Translations under genes and position numbers: made by a program
Part shown: piece by piece, positions 39,546 through 49,514 of the stretch
Position numbering within the stretch: the stretch's first letter is position 1
Layout of the letters: the number at the start of each line of letters is the position of its first letter
Notes under the pieces: model-generated
What the model was told of the DNA's origin: nothing
Seen by the model: the letters and a program-made list of their open reading frames with translations, nothing else
Databases searched by the model: none
From: Nannocystales bacterium
GTDB lineage: Bacteria > Myxococcota_A > Polyangia > Nannocystales > Nannocystaceae
Assembly (NCBI GenBank): GCA_050633305.1
Contig: JBOEGF010000020.1
Span: 64,312 to 128,311 of the forward strand
Direction of reading: 5' to 3'
Length of the DNA: 64,000 nt

Positions 39546-39713
39546 GGGTCCCAGACGACCGAGGATGCAGCCCCCCTACTGCATCCCCCCGTCGTCGCTC
39601 CAAACACAACCGCGGCCACACTGGTTGTTGAACGTGGTGCCTCCCATCGAGGACGGGCAATACTCACGGATCGCGCTGCGGGCCGTTGCACTCGCCGACC
39701 ACAATCGACCTAC

Positions 39714-41093
39714 CTACGGTTCCAACCGCTGGATCACGGTTTCGGAGGGCCCGCTCAACGCGATGAGAAGCTTATCCTCCGGACCCTCGAGCACTCGTCC
39801 GTTGGTCGAGTTCGACGGGACGTCCAGGTCAGCCGCCCAAACGGACTCACCTTCCGCGATCCGCCGAAGGATGAACTGGCGCTCGAACGTGCTCTTGTTC
39901 CGCACGAGTTCCAGCACGACCAAGTCGCCTCCCTCGAGGACGGCGACGTCGAGGCAAGACGTCTCCAGCGGCTCCGGTTCGCCGAACGAGTCCGACCACT
40001 CGAGGGCTGCCTCACCCGATAGGCTGGCCGCGCCGTAGGTGTCGCCGTCTTCTCGTCTCCAGCAGATCCCAAGCCCAGATGAAGAGGCCCGCAGCCTTCC
40101 CGTGTGGATCAGCGCTGGGAGATCTGCGCTGAACTCGATATCTCCATCGGGGAGGTAGGACGTCACCGTCATTCCGTTCCTAGACGATGCCGAGGTTAGC
40201 GTCAGTGCCGAGCCGTTGGCTGCGAGCTCCATGTCCAGCAGGCGTTCGGGAAACTCGGCCTGCCAGAGTGAATCCCCGTTCGCGTCGAACCCCTGTACGG
40301 AGGAGCCTCCTGCGTAGTCTCGGAGTCCCCAGAATGCGCCGCCGTCTCCGGACGCGATGGAGTGCCGCACTGTCGTGATCGGATCGGAAAACGGGAGTTC
40401 GAGGGTCCAAAGCGGGGTGTCTTGCTCATAGGACCTGAGCTCCAATCCTCGCTGCACCAACAACCGCCCGGACGTGTGTAGGTCGGCCGGCGCCCCGGTC
40501 CAGATGTCGTCGAACACGAACTCGTCCACGAGCTCACCCTCGAGACTCAGCGTTCTGAGGCTCAACTCATCCACGTCGAGGTCGCGATTCGACAGCGCAA
40601 CCCGAACCCCGCCTTCGGCCAGGTTCACCATGTCCAGTGTTTCCCAGCCCGGGACCGAGACCGACCACAGAGCGGTCCCCGACGCAACGCACGTCGTGCT
40701 GCATCCGTCGCCATCGTCGACGTTGCCATCATCGCAGCCCTCTCCCTCGTCGACGTTGCCGTCGCCACAGGTCGGGCCGAGCGCACCACATCCAGGCTGG
40801 CACCCACCATAGGCGCCGTCGTTGATGCCGTCGTCGCAGGCCTCGTGCCCGTCGATCTCTCCGTCCCCACACACGGTCGCCGGCTCGCCCGTGGAGGACT
40901 CGTCCGCACCAGCCGACGTCGACTCGTCGCTCCCCGGTTCGAACCCCGTGGAGGACGACTCGAAGTCCGTCGTGCTCCCCGAGGTGGTCCCGGTCTCTTC
41001 GGACTCCTCGTTCGGCTGTGAACACGCCGACGAGAGGGTGGCTAGAATCGTGACAAACGCCGGTAGAAGTCGTCTCGGAGGGCTCGCAAGCAC
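39714..41093 (-). CDS. Lipoprotein with myxobacterial Cys-rich repeats (DUF4215-like) and propeller-like C-terminus
   Basis: Lipobox SSAC; CGDG...EACDDG, CGDGNVDEGEGCDDGN..DGDGCSTTC; start uncertain. Confidence 0.85.
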   Translation of the reverse strand: MLASPPRRLLPAFVTILATLSSACSQPNEESEETGTTSGSTTDFESSSTGFEPGSDESTSAGADESSTGEPATVCGDGEIDGHEACDDGINDGAYGGCQPGCGALGPTCGDGNVDEGEGCDDGNVDDGDGCSTTCVASGTALWSVSVPGWETLDMVNLAEGGVRVALSNRDLDVDELSLRTLSLEGELVDEFVFDDIWTGAPADLHTSGRLLVQRGLELRSYEQDTPLWTLELPFSDPITTVRHSIASGDGGAFWGLRDYAGGSSVQGFDANGDSLWQAEFPERLLDMELAANGSALTLTSASSRNGMTVTSYLPDGDIEFSADLPALIHTGRLRASSSGLGICWRREDGDTYGAASLSGEAALEWSDSFGEPEPLETSCLDVAVLEGGDLVVLELVRNKSTFERQFILRRIAEGESVWAADLDVPSNSTNGRVLEGPEDKLLIALSGPSETVIQRLEP

Positions 41094-41147
41094 GAGGGGT
41101 CGGACGGCGGTGCCTAGGCAACATTCACGTCGAACGCGTGCGGCATC

Positions 41148-41372
41148 AGCGTTCAAGCGAAATGAAGTGGAGAAAAGCCGATGCGCAGGAGCACGGCTTG
41201 CCGCCGCCGAGCCTCTGAACCGCAGAGGGCGGTGATGGCGCAGGAGCGGAGCGGCCGGGCGTGGACAGGGGTCGGAGCGAAGGCGTGGGGGCGAAAAAGT
41301 GGGCCGGAACCGAGCGAGCCCCGAAGGCCCAAACTGCACGCACGCCGAGACGAGCCCGGTGCGAAGCGCCGT
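41148..41372 (-). mobile_element. IS91-family remnant B (3' terminal segment)
   Basis: AGCGTTCAAGCGAAATGAAGTGGAGAAAAGCCGATGC...GTGGACAGGGGTCGGAGCGAAGGCGTGG shared with A and D. Confidence 0.75.
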
Positions 41373-41683
41373 ATCGCTTGGCATGAACGCGCCGTACGGC
41401 ACTTTGCTGCGCGGCGTCGTGGCGTCGATGCCCCGGAATCCGATACCGGTCTCGCGACCGGTATCGGATGCTGCTGCCACCCGTCGCGGCACCGTCAGAA
41501 GAATCCCCTCCCCGTCGACCCCGAGGGGGACCCCCTCGTCGTAGACAGCGATCTCGCGGAAGTTGAGGCCTGCGTACGCCAGGAATGCGGAATCGCGAAA
41601 GCGACCCTCGATGTGCCGTTGGCCGAGGGTATCTTTGTCATGCGTCTTATCCACGGATTCTGGTTCCGACGCGCACTCAAGGC

Positions 41684-43231
41684 ATGGGACTTCGAACTTG
41701 GCGCCAACTGTGTGTCATCGCCGTGGTCGTGCCGTCCGGATGCGAGGCTGATCTACCGGCTGAATCCGCCGGAACGACGGGAAGCTCGGGGCTTGGCTCG
41801 TCGAGCAGCTCCGTCAGCGGCACGCCCAGCACCGAGCCCGATGCGCCGAACCCGACATCTTCAACCTCTGGCAATGACACGACATCGTCGGAGCTATCGA
41901 CGACCGGGGGCGAAACGACATCGTCGGGATCTTCGACGACCGAGGGTGCTTCGACGACCGGGGATGCTTCGACGACCGGGGATGCTTCGACGACCGAGGG
42001 TGCTTCGACGACCGGGGATGCTTCGACGACCGGGGATGCTTCGACGACCGGGGATGCTTCGACCGGCGGCACAGGCGAGAGCCCTTCCGATTGCGCGCCC
42101 GACGAAGACGCCCCTTTGGAAGCGTGCATCCCATGGGAGGTCTCGCTCGATCCCCTCGCGTCGCCAAGGTCGATCATCGCGCTCGCCAATGGGCGCATCG
42201 TGGTTGGCGGGGCGATGAACGAGGATGCTTGGTTTGCGGCTTACGGTGCGGGTGGAGTCCTCGAGTGGACCCATGTCCTCGACACGGTCGGGCACGGTCT
42301 TCCCGATCTCAATGAGGCTGTGGAGGACATGAAACCTCTGCCCAATTGTGGGATTGGGGTCTTGGTCAACCACTCCGCCGGGGTCTCGAATCAAGCCGAC
42401 ATCGTCTTGCGTCTCGACTCAGAGACTCCGTTGGTACCGTGGCTGCATCTCGTCGACGAAGACTACTTGCCGACGTTGGGGGGCCCATTTCAAACCGGCT
42501 ATTCGGTCAGGGGAATCGAAAACATCACCACGGACGAGTCGGGCAACATCTACGCTTCTGCGCAGCTGATCAACTTCGGCACCTCCGTCTATCCGAAGGT
42601 GCGGACTCAGCTGGCAGGAGCAGACGGCAGTGTCGCCTGGGCTGAGGTCTTCCAGTCCCCGGCCTACACTCCGGTCGCTTTCGCCCGAGAGTCCGACGAC
42701 CTCTGGGTCGAGCTCGCGCGTGGTGCCGGGGCAGTCGCGCCCGAGGCGTGGGGGCGGATTTCCGTCTCAGTTCTCACCAACTGGAGCGCAGTGGGGAGCA
42801 TGTCCGCGGAGGATATTATTCCGGACCCCATCGACTTCGTCCCGTGGGGCCTCGCTCCACTGGGCGATGACGCATTCGTATCGTTCTTCCACGGGCTCGT
42901 CGATGACCCCGGAGAAGGTTGGGTCACCAGAGCGGGCGTCGCCGTCAGCTCCGTTGACGGGGTCTTGGAGTCCTACACGCCGATCGACGCCAACCTAGCG
43001 AGGGGGCTTTCGGCCGGCGTGGATTCCAATGGTGGCGTTTTCGCACGTTGGGGGCAGGACCCCGAGGACAACGCGCCTCAGCTGATCCACGTCGACCCCG
43101 ACGGAAGTATTTCGTTCCACTTGCCGCGAGAACCGGGAGCCCCCGCGATCATCGACCTTGCGGTCGGACAAAGCGACGGAGTGATCATGCTGACGGAAAG
43201 CAACACGCTCGTGAAGGCGTGCATCGAGTAG
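41684..43231 (+). CDS. Lipoprotein with S/T stalk and beta-propeller-like domain
   Basis: Lipobox PSGC; ASTTGD repeats; DESGNIY, DSNGGVF blade motifs. Confidence 0.8.
   Translation: MGLRTWRQLCVIAVVVPSGCEADLPAESAGTTGSSGLGSSSSSVSGTPSTEPDAPNPTSSTSGNDTTSSELSTTGGETTSSGSSTTEGASTTGDASTTGDASTTEGASTTGDASTTGDASTTGDASTGGTGESPSDCAPDEDAPLEACIPWEVSLDPLASPRSIIALANGRIVVGGAMNEDAWFAAYGAGGVLEWTHVLDTVGHGLPDLNEAVEDMKPLPNCGIGVLVNHSAGVSNQADIVLRLDSETPLVPWLHLVDEDYLPTLGGPFQTGYSVRGIENITTDESGNIYASAQLINFGTSVYPKVRTQLAGADGSVAWAEVFQSPAYTPVAFARESDDLWVELARGAGAVAPEAWGRISVSVLTNWSAVGSMSAEDIIPDPIDFVPWGLAPLGDDAFVSFFHGLVDDPGEGWVTRAGVAVSSVDGVLESYTPIDANLARGLSAGVDSNGGVFARWGQDPEDNAPQLIHVDPDGSISFHLPREPGAPAIIDLAVGQSDGVIMLTESNTLVKACIE
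41931..42066 (+). repeat. 18-bp coding tandem repeat (about 7.5 copies, ASTTGD/ASTTEG)
   Basis: CTTCGACGACCG(G/A)GG(A/G)TG repeated head to tail with no spacers. Confidence 0.92.
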
Positions 43232-43349
43232 GACATGCCACGATTTGTCCCGCACGACGAAGCTGAGCCTACTCGAGCACCAACGTCGGTATCCGTCCGA
43301 CGAACCGCGTCGGGAGACGAAGATCCCGGTCGGAACCGTGAAGTCGCGT

Positions 43350-43480
43350 CTGGGCCGGGCGCAGGCCGACGCGGCGGGGGCCAAGCACCGTGAAGCTCGG
43401 CCGCGATGTTCTCGGGCGTGCTGACGAAGCGAGTGATCTTCATGGCACCGCTGCAGCGTGCCACACCTCGAAACGCGGCC
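43350..43480 (-). mobile_element. IS91-family remnant C (diverged transposase C-terminus)
   Basis: ARCSGAMKITRFVSTPENIAAELHGAWPPPRRP; GCACCGTGAAGCTCGGC shared with A and D. Confidence 0.65.
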
Positions 43481-43750
43481 CGAGGCGAGCCGGGCGAGGG
43501 CGCCCGATGAGACTGGACCGGCCTACCCAGGGGCGATGAATCGCTCGTGATCCACCGCGCCGGGATTCACCGCGGGCTGCTTGGCTCGCGCAGGGCCTCG
43601 AGAGTCCCGGCAGCCTCGGCCGATCCGGGTCGCTCGATTCCCCGTATTCGGTTGGCAACTTGTACATCACATCCCCACGACCGTGAATCACACGACTCAC
43701 CCCCTTCGCCTCCTCGCGGTCTCGTGCGCCGCTCTATTCGCCCTTGCCGC

Positions 43751-45199
43751 TCAGTGGCAGCCTTCGCGCCCGCAGATCTCCGAGAGAGCGTCGCGGACCT
43801 CATACGCCGCGGCGAGGGTCGCATCCAGGTTCGCTTCGACCTGTTCGAACTCGGCCGCGCGAACCTCCTGCGGGTCGTCTACGCCCGGTTGGGTCAAGCC
43901 GTAGCCCGGCGGACGGACAACGATCACGTAGGGTCCGTACGACTGCTCGGGGCCGGGCAGAATCAGGGGGTCAAGCCCTCCTTGGGGCGGTGAGAGGACA
44001 AAATCTCCGTCTTCTCCGTCGTCCACACCCGGTTGGGTCAGGCCGTCTCCAGGCTTGCTGTCCGGCAGCTCGCCGCCTCCGTTGCCGCAACCGTCGACGT
44101 CGGGATTGCACGGCGTGCTCGCCTCGTCCGTATCGTCCCCGCCGGTGGTGTCGTCGCCGGTCGTAGTGTCACTCCCAGTCGTGTCTCCACCCGTGGTGTC
44201 TCCGCCGGTGGTGTCTCCACCCGTGGTGGTGTCGTCCCCTCCGGTCGTGTCTCCACCCGTGGTGTCTCCACCCGTGGTGTCTCCACCCGTGGTGGTGTCG
44301 TCCCCTCCGGTGGTGCCGTCAGCGTCGTCGGGAAAGAGCTCGATCGGGGGGTCCGCGTCCGCACCGGTGCACGAGTTGCCTTCACAAAAGATGAAGTCAG
44401 GGCAATCTCCGCTGCAGATGATGGTTGTTTCGGAGTCGTCGCCGCCGTCCGTGGTCACCTCATCGGAGCTGTCAGAGCCTTGGCACGAGTTGCCCTCGCA
44501 GTCGATGAACGCTGGGCAGTCGCCGTGGCAGAGGACCCCCGGTCCCGAGTACTCGTCGCCACCGTCGAACAACGCTCCGCTCGCGAAGGGTGCCCAGCCG
44601 CTATCCGGGGTCCCGCTCGGCGCGGTGTCGACGAGCGTATCGAGCCAAAGGCCTGTGCCCTGGCGCTCAACCTGTGCGCCGATCGATGCGAGTACGCCGC
44701 CCAATGCCTCTTCAAAGGTGGCTGCACCCGGGGCCTTGCCGCCTTGACCCTTGTCGAGGCCCTGGAGGCCTTCGTGAAGCACGCCGTTGCTGGCGACGCC
44801 CTCCAGATACGCTTCCGCCAATGCGGTGGTCCATTGCAAGGACTCCAGAGCAAGTCGTGGGTCTGCTGCACTCAAGATATCTTCGGGGGATGCCGACAGT
44901 GCTTCATGCAGCGCCGCCATTGTGACGTTCGTCTCACCAATGGCGGCTTCGACCGACACGTCGTCACGTTCGCCGAGTTCTTCCTCGGTTGGGATGGCCA
45001 CAACCGCGGCCTCCGCCACAAGCTCCAATGTGTTCAGGTCTTGGATGACGACGACGACGGCATCGGAAGTCTCTCCCTCGTTGTCTTCCTCGGCGTTTGC
45101 GCGCGGCACGAGGGCCAGCAGCGAGGCCGCGAGCGCCACTTTTGCGGCTGGGTTCTTCAGTTTTTCGCTCCACACGTTTCGTAGGGATTGCTTCTTCAC
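43751..45199 (-). CDS. Secreted acidic protein with duplicated Cys motif and GGDTT stalk
   Basis: GAGGAG RBS; signal ending ANA; CHGDCPAFIDCEGNSC / CSGDCPDFIFCEGNSC; GLTQPGVDD x2. Confidence 0.8.
   Translation of the reverse strand: MKKQSLRNVWSEKLKNPAAKVALAASLLALVPRANAEEDNEGETSDAVVVVIQDLNTLELVAEAAVVAIPTEEELGERDDVSVEAAIGETNVTMAALHEALSASPEDILSAADPRLALESLQWTTALAEAYLEGVASNGVLHEGLQGLDKGQGGKAPGAATFEEALGGVLASIGAQVERQGTGLWLDTLVDTAPSGTPDSGWAPFASGALFDGGDEYSGPGVLCHGDCPAFIDCEGNSCQGSDSSDEVTTDGGDDSETTIICSGDCPDFIFCEGNSCTGADADPPIELFPDDADGTTGGDDTTTGGDTTGGDTTGGDTTGGDDTTTGGDTTGGDTTGGDTTGSDTTTGDDTTGGDDTDEASTPCNPDVDGCGNGGGELPDSKPGDGLTQPGVDDGEDGDFVLSPPQGGLDPLILPGPEQSYGPYVIVVRPPGYGLTQPGVDDPQEVRAAEFEQVEANLDATLAAAYEVRDALSEICGREGCH
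44135..44318 (-). repeat. Coding tandem repeat (GGDTT / GGDDTTT)
   Basis: Repeated gtggtgtctccaccc units. Confidence 0.88.
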
Positions 45200-45375
45200 A
45201 GAGTTTCTCCTCGAGCCTCTCGACTCGAGGGCGTGGTTCGGTACAGCGCGTCCGTGATCACGAGAAACTCAAAAATCACACCGGCCGATCTACGCAATTC
45301 GCGTTGACTCTATGTCGAATGCTCGAGGCGAGTCAGCCGCAGCATCCGCAGAAAGGCAAGTCGAGTGCCATGGGG

Positions 45376-45657
45376 AGCGTTTAAGCGAAATGAAGTTGAA
45401 AACAAAAGCTGATGCGCCGGAGCACGGCTTCCCGCCGCCGAGCCGCGGAGGGCGGTGATGGCGCAGAAGCGGAGGTGGACAGGGGTCGGAGCGAAGGCGT
45501 GGGGCGAAAAAGCGGGGCCCGAAGCGAGCGCCGAGCCCCGAGGGCACACCGGCCCACGCCGCGGTGGCCGAGCACCGTGAAGCTCGGCGGCGATGTCCTG
45601 CGGCGTGGTGACGGCTCGAGCCACCCGCATCGGCCCACAACAGCGGGCGCACAGCAT
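45376..45657 (-). mobile_element. IS91-family remnant D (internally deleted)
   Basis: CARCCGPMRVARAVTTPQDIAAELHGARPPRRGP plus terminal segment; lacks a block present in A. Confidence 0.75.
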
Positions 45658-45727
45658 GTGCGATGGGGTTTCGGGCAACCCGATCGCGATCAATGAGATG
45701 ATGAGCAACGAGGGATGAACCCGTGTT

Positions 45728-46144
45728 GTGACCGAAACCGACCGTGAGCCGCGTCCCGGGGTCAATCCACACGACACCTACGCGTCGTCGGGTTTTCGCT
45801 TTCTGATTGAGGTTGCGGCCTGGGTCGGCGGCCCCTGGGCTGCGGTTGATCTTCTCGGGGCATGGTGGGCTGCGATCCCGACCGCGTTGGTGCTCCTGTT
45901 GCTCCCCGCCGTCTTCAATACGCCTGGCGACAAGAAGATCACCGGGGTCCCCACACTCGGGCCGGTCCGGATCGGCATCGAAGCCCTGCTTCTCGGCACG
46001 GCGGTCTACAGCGCGTGGCAAGTCTGGCAGCCATGGCTTGCGATCGTTGTGACGCTGTCGGGCGGGCTGATGGTCTTGCTTGGCATTCCCCGATACCGGT
46101 GGCTTCTTCGGAGGCCCCCGACGGGCGAGTCTGCGAACAGCTGA
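45728..46144 (+). CDS. Small 4-TM membrane protein (YrdB/DUF2568-like)
   Basis: RFLIEVAAW, VFNTPGDK, GPVRIGIE. Confidence 0.7.
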   Translation: MTETDREPRPGVNPHDTYASSGFRFLIEVAAWVGGPWAAVDLLGAWWAAIPTALVLLLLPAVFNTPGDKKITGVPTLGPVRIGIEALLLGTAVYSAWQVWQPWLAIVVTLSGGLMVLLGIPRYRWLLRRPPTGESANS

Positions 46145-46346
46145 CTGGCTCTGGTCGTATCCAGCCCTGGTCCGCACCGAACAGCTTCTCCGGGACAGGT
46201 CTACGGCAACCCTTCGGTCTCGATGTAGCTCCAGCAGGACTCAAAGAGCTGTTCGTGCCATCGGTTCGTCCTCAACGTCTTCCGATGCGCCCTCCACCGG
46301 ATTCTCGTCGTCCCCGCCTCTCTCTCACTCCACGAGCCGCACGTCC

Positions 46347-47666
46347 TCAGCCGCCCCACAGAGCAACGAGGTCTGCCACCGTCTCCCGGCGCTTGAGCGT
46401 CGTGAATCGTGTACTGCCAGAGAACCCATGCATCGCGGGCATGGCACGGCTGCAGTGCCGCGACCAAAGCGAGAGCGTGTAGGCCCCCGTGTCGCGCACC
46501 ACGAGCCAGTCACCCACCGCAGGCGAGGGGAGCGAGCACGCACCGGCGATGATGTCCCCGCCGAAACACAGAGGTCCAGCCACCGTCACGGTCTTCGGCT
46601 CTGCCTGCTTGGGTCGGCCATGCTCGTCGAGAAGGAGGAGCTCGTGCGGCCAATGTTGTGGTTGGTAGACAGGTCGCATGAACGCATCGGCGCCAAGGTG
46701 GATGACGGCGAACTGTGTGCCCTCGACCTCTTTCATGTACTCGATCCGGCTCACGGCGAACCCGCAGTTTGCGTGAACCGCCCTGCCGAACTCGGTCGCG
46801 AGCGGGCGCGTATGCAGCCCCTCGATAGCGAACAGAGACTCGACGTAGGCTTCGAGGCTGGGCGGGTTGTCCGACTCGAGATACGCAGTGGGCAACCCAC
46901 CGCCGACGTCGATGGCGATGCTGCTTGGCGGACGCTCCAGCTCTGCCTCGATCTCCGCTGCGAGCGCGACGGCAACTGCGGCCCCCTCGCTCAACTTGCT
47001 GAGCGCGCAGCCTTGGCTACCCACATGGACGTGCAGAGCTCCGAGCCACGGGTACTGGTCAAAGAGCTGCACGATCTCGGCACGCTGCGAAACAGGCATG
47101 CCAAACTTCGAGGCACGGTCACCGACACTGGTTGTGGGGATCGAGCCTGCGCCCACCAAGGGGTTGATGCGTAGGCCGACAACGCCTGTCGGTCGGCCGT
47201 GGGCCTCCACCCAGCGAGCCACACGAGCGAGCTCATCGGGATTGTCGGCGTTCAGCCAAAGCCCGCGATGCAGCGCCAGGTCAATCTCGGCTCCTGACTT
47301 CGCGGGGGAGTCGAAAATGATTTTCTCGGGGGGGCAGCCCGCGGCGAGACACAACTCGACCTCTTCCATGGACGCGCATTCGAGACCGCAACCGCGGTCC
47401 ACGAGATGGCGCAGCAGTGGCACCGCGGGGTTGGCCTTGACCGCGATTCCATGGAGCGTCGAAGCTGGAAACAAACTCTGAAGTCGCCCCACCCGGGCGT
47501 CCAACCGATCGAGGTCGTGGAAGAACGCCGCGCAGTCACTCAGCAAGCGTTCATCCAGGGCATCGCACACCACGGCGGAGATCTTCGCCGGGGAGATGCG
47601 AGCGCCCCAACGGCCGAGCTCATCGGTCCTAGGCGTCGTCACGGCGACCCCCTGTCTGAGCGACAT
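46347..47666 (-). CDS. PLP-dependent Orn/DAP/Arg decarboxylase family (LysA-like)
   Basis: AVKANP, FDSPAK, HVHVGSQ, DVGGGL, EFGR, GPLCFGGD, DTGAY; start may be GTG 47642. Confidence 0.9.
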   Translation of the reverse strand: MSLRQGVAVTTPRTDELGRWGARISPAKISAVVCDALDERLLSDCAAFFHDLDRLDARVGRLQSLFPASTLHGIAVKANPAVPLLRHLVDRGCGLECASMEEVELCLAAGCPPEKIIFDSPAKSGAEIDLALHRGLWLNADNPDELARVARWVEAHGRPTGVVGLRINPLVGAGSIPTTSVGDRASKFGMPVSQRAEIVQLFDQYPWLGALHVHVGSQGCALSKLSEGAAVAVALAAEIEAELERPPSSIAIDVGGGLPTAYLESDNPPSLEAYVESLFAIEGLHTRPLATEFGRAVHANCGFAVSRIEYMKEVEGTQFAVIHLGADAFMRPVYQPQHWPHELLLLDEHGRPKQAEPKTVTVAGPLCFGGDIIAGACSLPSPAVGDWLVVRDTGAYTLSLWSRHCSRAMPAMHGFSGSTRFTTLKRRETVADLVALWGG

Positions 47667-49302
47667 CCTGCGCCGTCAAGGCGTCGGCATGATCAACGAT
47701 CAGCTCGAGCTTGCGTCGCAGTCGCACCAGACCAGCCTCGAGCCAAGCAATCCGGAGGTCTAGAGTTTCTCCGAGCGCGGTCTCCTCACCGACCCTCAGC
47801 ATGAGCGCTGCGCCCAAGGCGATCCGTAGGACGGCCAGGCCTCCTGACTCGCTGAGCACGACGGGCTGCCCAATGTGAAACGGCTCGGCAACGATCGCAG
47901 CGTCGGCCTCACCCAGGCCGGGGAGTCGGCCAGACAGGTCCTGGTTGACCCAGTGGAAGACCCTCCTGAGTTGTGCTTTCCCGAAGTGCGCGCGCTCGCC
48001 CTGTGGCGGATAGAGCCAGAATGGGTAGACCGTTCTCTTCGACTCCAAGACCCGGTCGACCCTGTCGGCGCCGAGAGGTGGCGCGAGCTGGTCGAGGGTG
48101 ATGTACGGGGAAGCTCCAAGCGTTCGGGGGACGATGGACTCGAAGGCGCGCAGGATCTTGAGGCGCACATCAGCATCGAGTTGGTAGTACGCCTCGAGCT
48201 CGACGAGGGCAGCCGTCCAGCGCAAGAGCAAGCCCAAGTTCGGCGGGGTCGGCAGCTGCGCACGGAGCTGCTCCCATTCGGTCGGCAGCTCGCTGGCGGT
48301 GAAGTAGTCCGCCATGCCCTCCGACAACGGGAGCCCGCTTGGGGGTGGGTCCAGTTCGGGCGGCACCAGAAGCGCGCCTGAGAAAGGCGGACCGCCGTAG
48401 AACTTTGAGCCGGTGAACAAGACCATGTATCCGGCATCGAGCACATCAGCGAGGCCTCGGCGACTGACCCGTCCTTGAGCCGCATCCACCAGCACATGAA
48501 CCTGCTCGGGCGCCTTGGCCCGCAGACGCTGAACGCAAGCGAGCGTTGGGGCATGGGCGCCGGTCTTACTGTGCGCGACGACGTGCACCAACACCCGGGC
48601 CCCCTCGGCGAGTCCACGGTCCACGAGGCGTTCAACTTCGGCATCGAGCTCAGCTTCGGGGATGACCAAGCCGTCGCGTCCCCGTAGCCCGACGGAGACG
48701 ACCTCGATTTCGCTCGCGCTCCCCCCCTTGAGGAAGTCACCGCTGCGGCGGGACTCCCCGCGCGGCGTCTGTGCTCCGAAGTGTTGACCACCCGCTGCCA
48801 AAACGGTGCCGCTGCCGACCTCTCGCGGAGCGACGACGATGTTGAGCAGCCGCGCCGTCGCTCCGCGAGCCAAAGTCGCAGCCAGGTACTCTGCGTCGGT
48901 CCCCGACGGGGTGAGAACCACCCACGTGCCCTCGACCCGATCGAAACGCATGACAGCGGAGAGCCGCTGACGTAGCTCGAGGAACCGCTGGTGGACCAGA
49001 TCCCAGAGCCCACCCAGGTCCCCGGCCTGAGCCTTGAGTTCATCGTAGACCCGACCCGCCGCAGCGTATGCACGCGGTGAGATCGACGACGCGGTACACG
49101 ACCCGAGCGCGAGTGCAGCTACGGGTTGGGGTGAGCAGCCGTACTGGTTGCGTCCCGTGTCGCGGCACAACGCAAGACGCTCGTCGCCTCCGGCAAGTAG
49201 GGTTTCCGGAAGCGAGCGAGCAAGAAGCTCGAGTTCGTGGTCGAGAAAGTCAGTTGGGTCGCCGGTGCCACCTGAGAACGCCAAGGCTAATGGTCGGGTC
49301 AC
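47629..49302 (-). CDS. Fold-type I PLP-dependent enzyme-like protein, unknown substrate
   Basis: PSGTDAE, HSKTG, VDAAQGR, TGSKFYGGPPFSGAL (class V-like DxxQ and Lys motifs). Confidence 0.8.
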   Translation of the reverse strand: MTRPLALAFSGGTGDPTDFLDHELELLARSLPETLLAGGDERLALCRDTGRNQYGCSPQPVAALALGSCTASSISPRAYAAAGRVYDELKAQAGDLGGLWDLVHQRFLELRQRLSAVMRFDRVEGTWVVLTPSGTDAEYLAATLARGATARLLNIVVAPREVGSGTVLAAGGQHFGAQTPRGESRRSGDFLKGGSASEIEVVSVGLRGRDGLVIPEAELDAEVERLVDRGLAEGARVLVHVVAHSKTGAHAPTLACVQRLRAKAPEQVHVLVDAAQGRVSRRGLADVLDAGYMVLFTGSKFYGGPPFSGALLVPPELDPPPSGLPLSEGMADYFTASELPTEWEQLRAQLPTPPNLGLLLRWTAALVELEAYYQLDADVRLKILRAFESIVPRTLGASPYITLDQLAPPLGADRVDRVLESKRTVYPFWLYPPQGERAHFGKAQLRRVFHWVNQDLSGRLPGLGEADAAIVAEPFHIGQPVVLSESGGLAVLRIALGAALMLRVGEETALGETLDLRIAWLEAGLVRLRRKLELIVDHADALTAQDVAQTGGRRDDA

Positions 49303-49514
49303 GAGCGCGGGACGCTAACACGGCCCCTCGGACCAAGGCTCCTGTCCCACGGCCGTGCGCAGGCGGCTGCGTGCTCGGTCACGGGCCGGACCCCATCCCT
49401 GCCGCGCGAACAACGAGGTCGACAGCGGCGTCCGCTAGGCCTTCATGGAAACGATCTCACCGCCGTTGAGCGGCGCATCCCCGAGGAGTCGGTCGGGGGT
49501 TCGCGAGAAGACCC

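Noticed and set aside
38989..39660. N-terminal extension of ORF 37612-39660
   Set aside because: Runs through IS91 remnant A; signal peptide begins at 38988
41094..41654. N-terminal extension of ORF 39714-41654
   Set aside because: Runs through IS91 remnant B; lipobox indicates a start near 41093. The 41373-41654 part may be another gene relic but I cannot identify it
41931..42066. Regular repeats as possible CRISPR array (also 21494-21635 and 44135-44318)
   Set aside because: Head-to-tail, in-frame coding repeats without unique spacers; no cas genes
39136..45657. Interspersed repeats as integron attC sites
   Set aside because: They translate to an IS91-type transposase tail, lack attC core inverted sites, and no integron integrase is present
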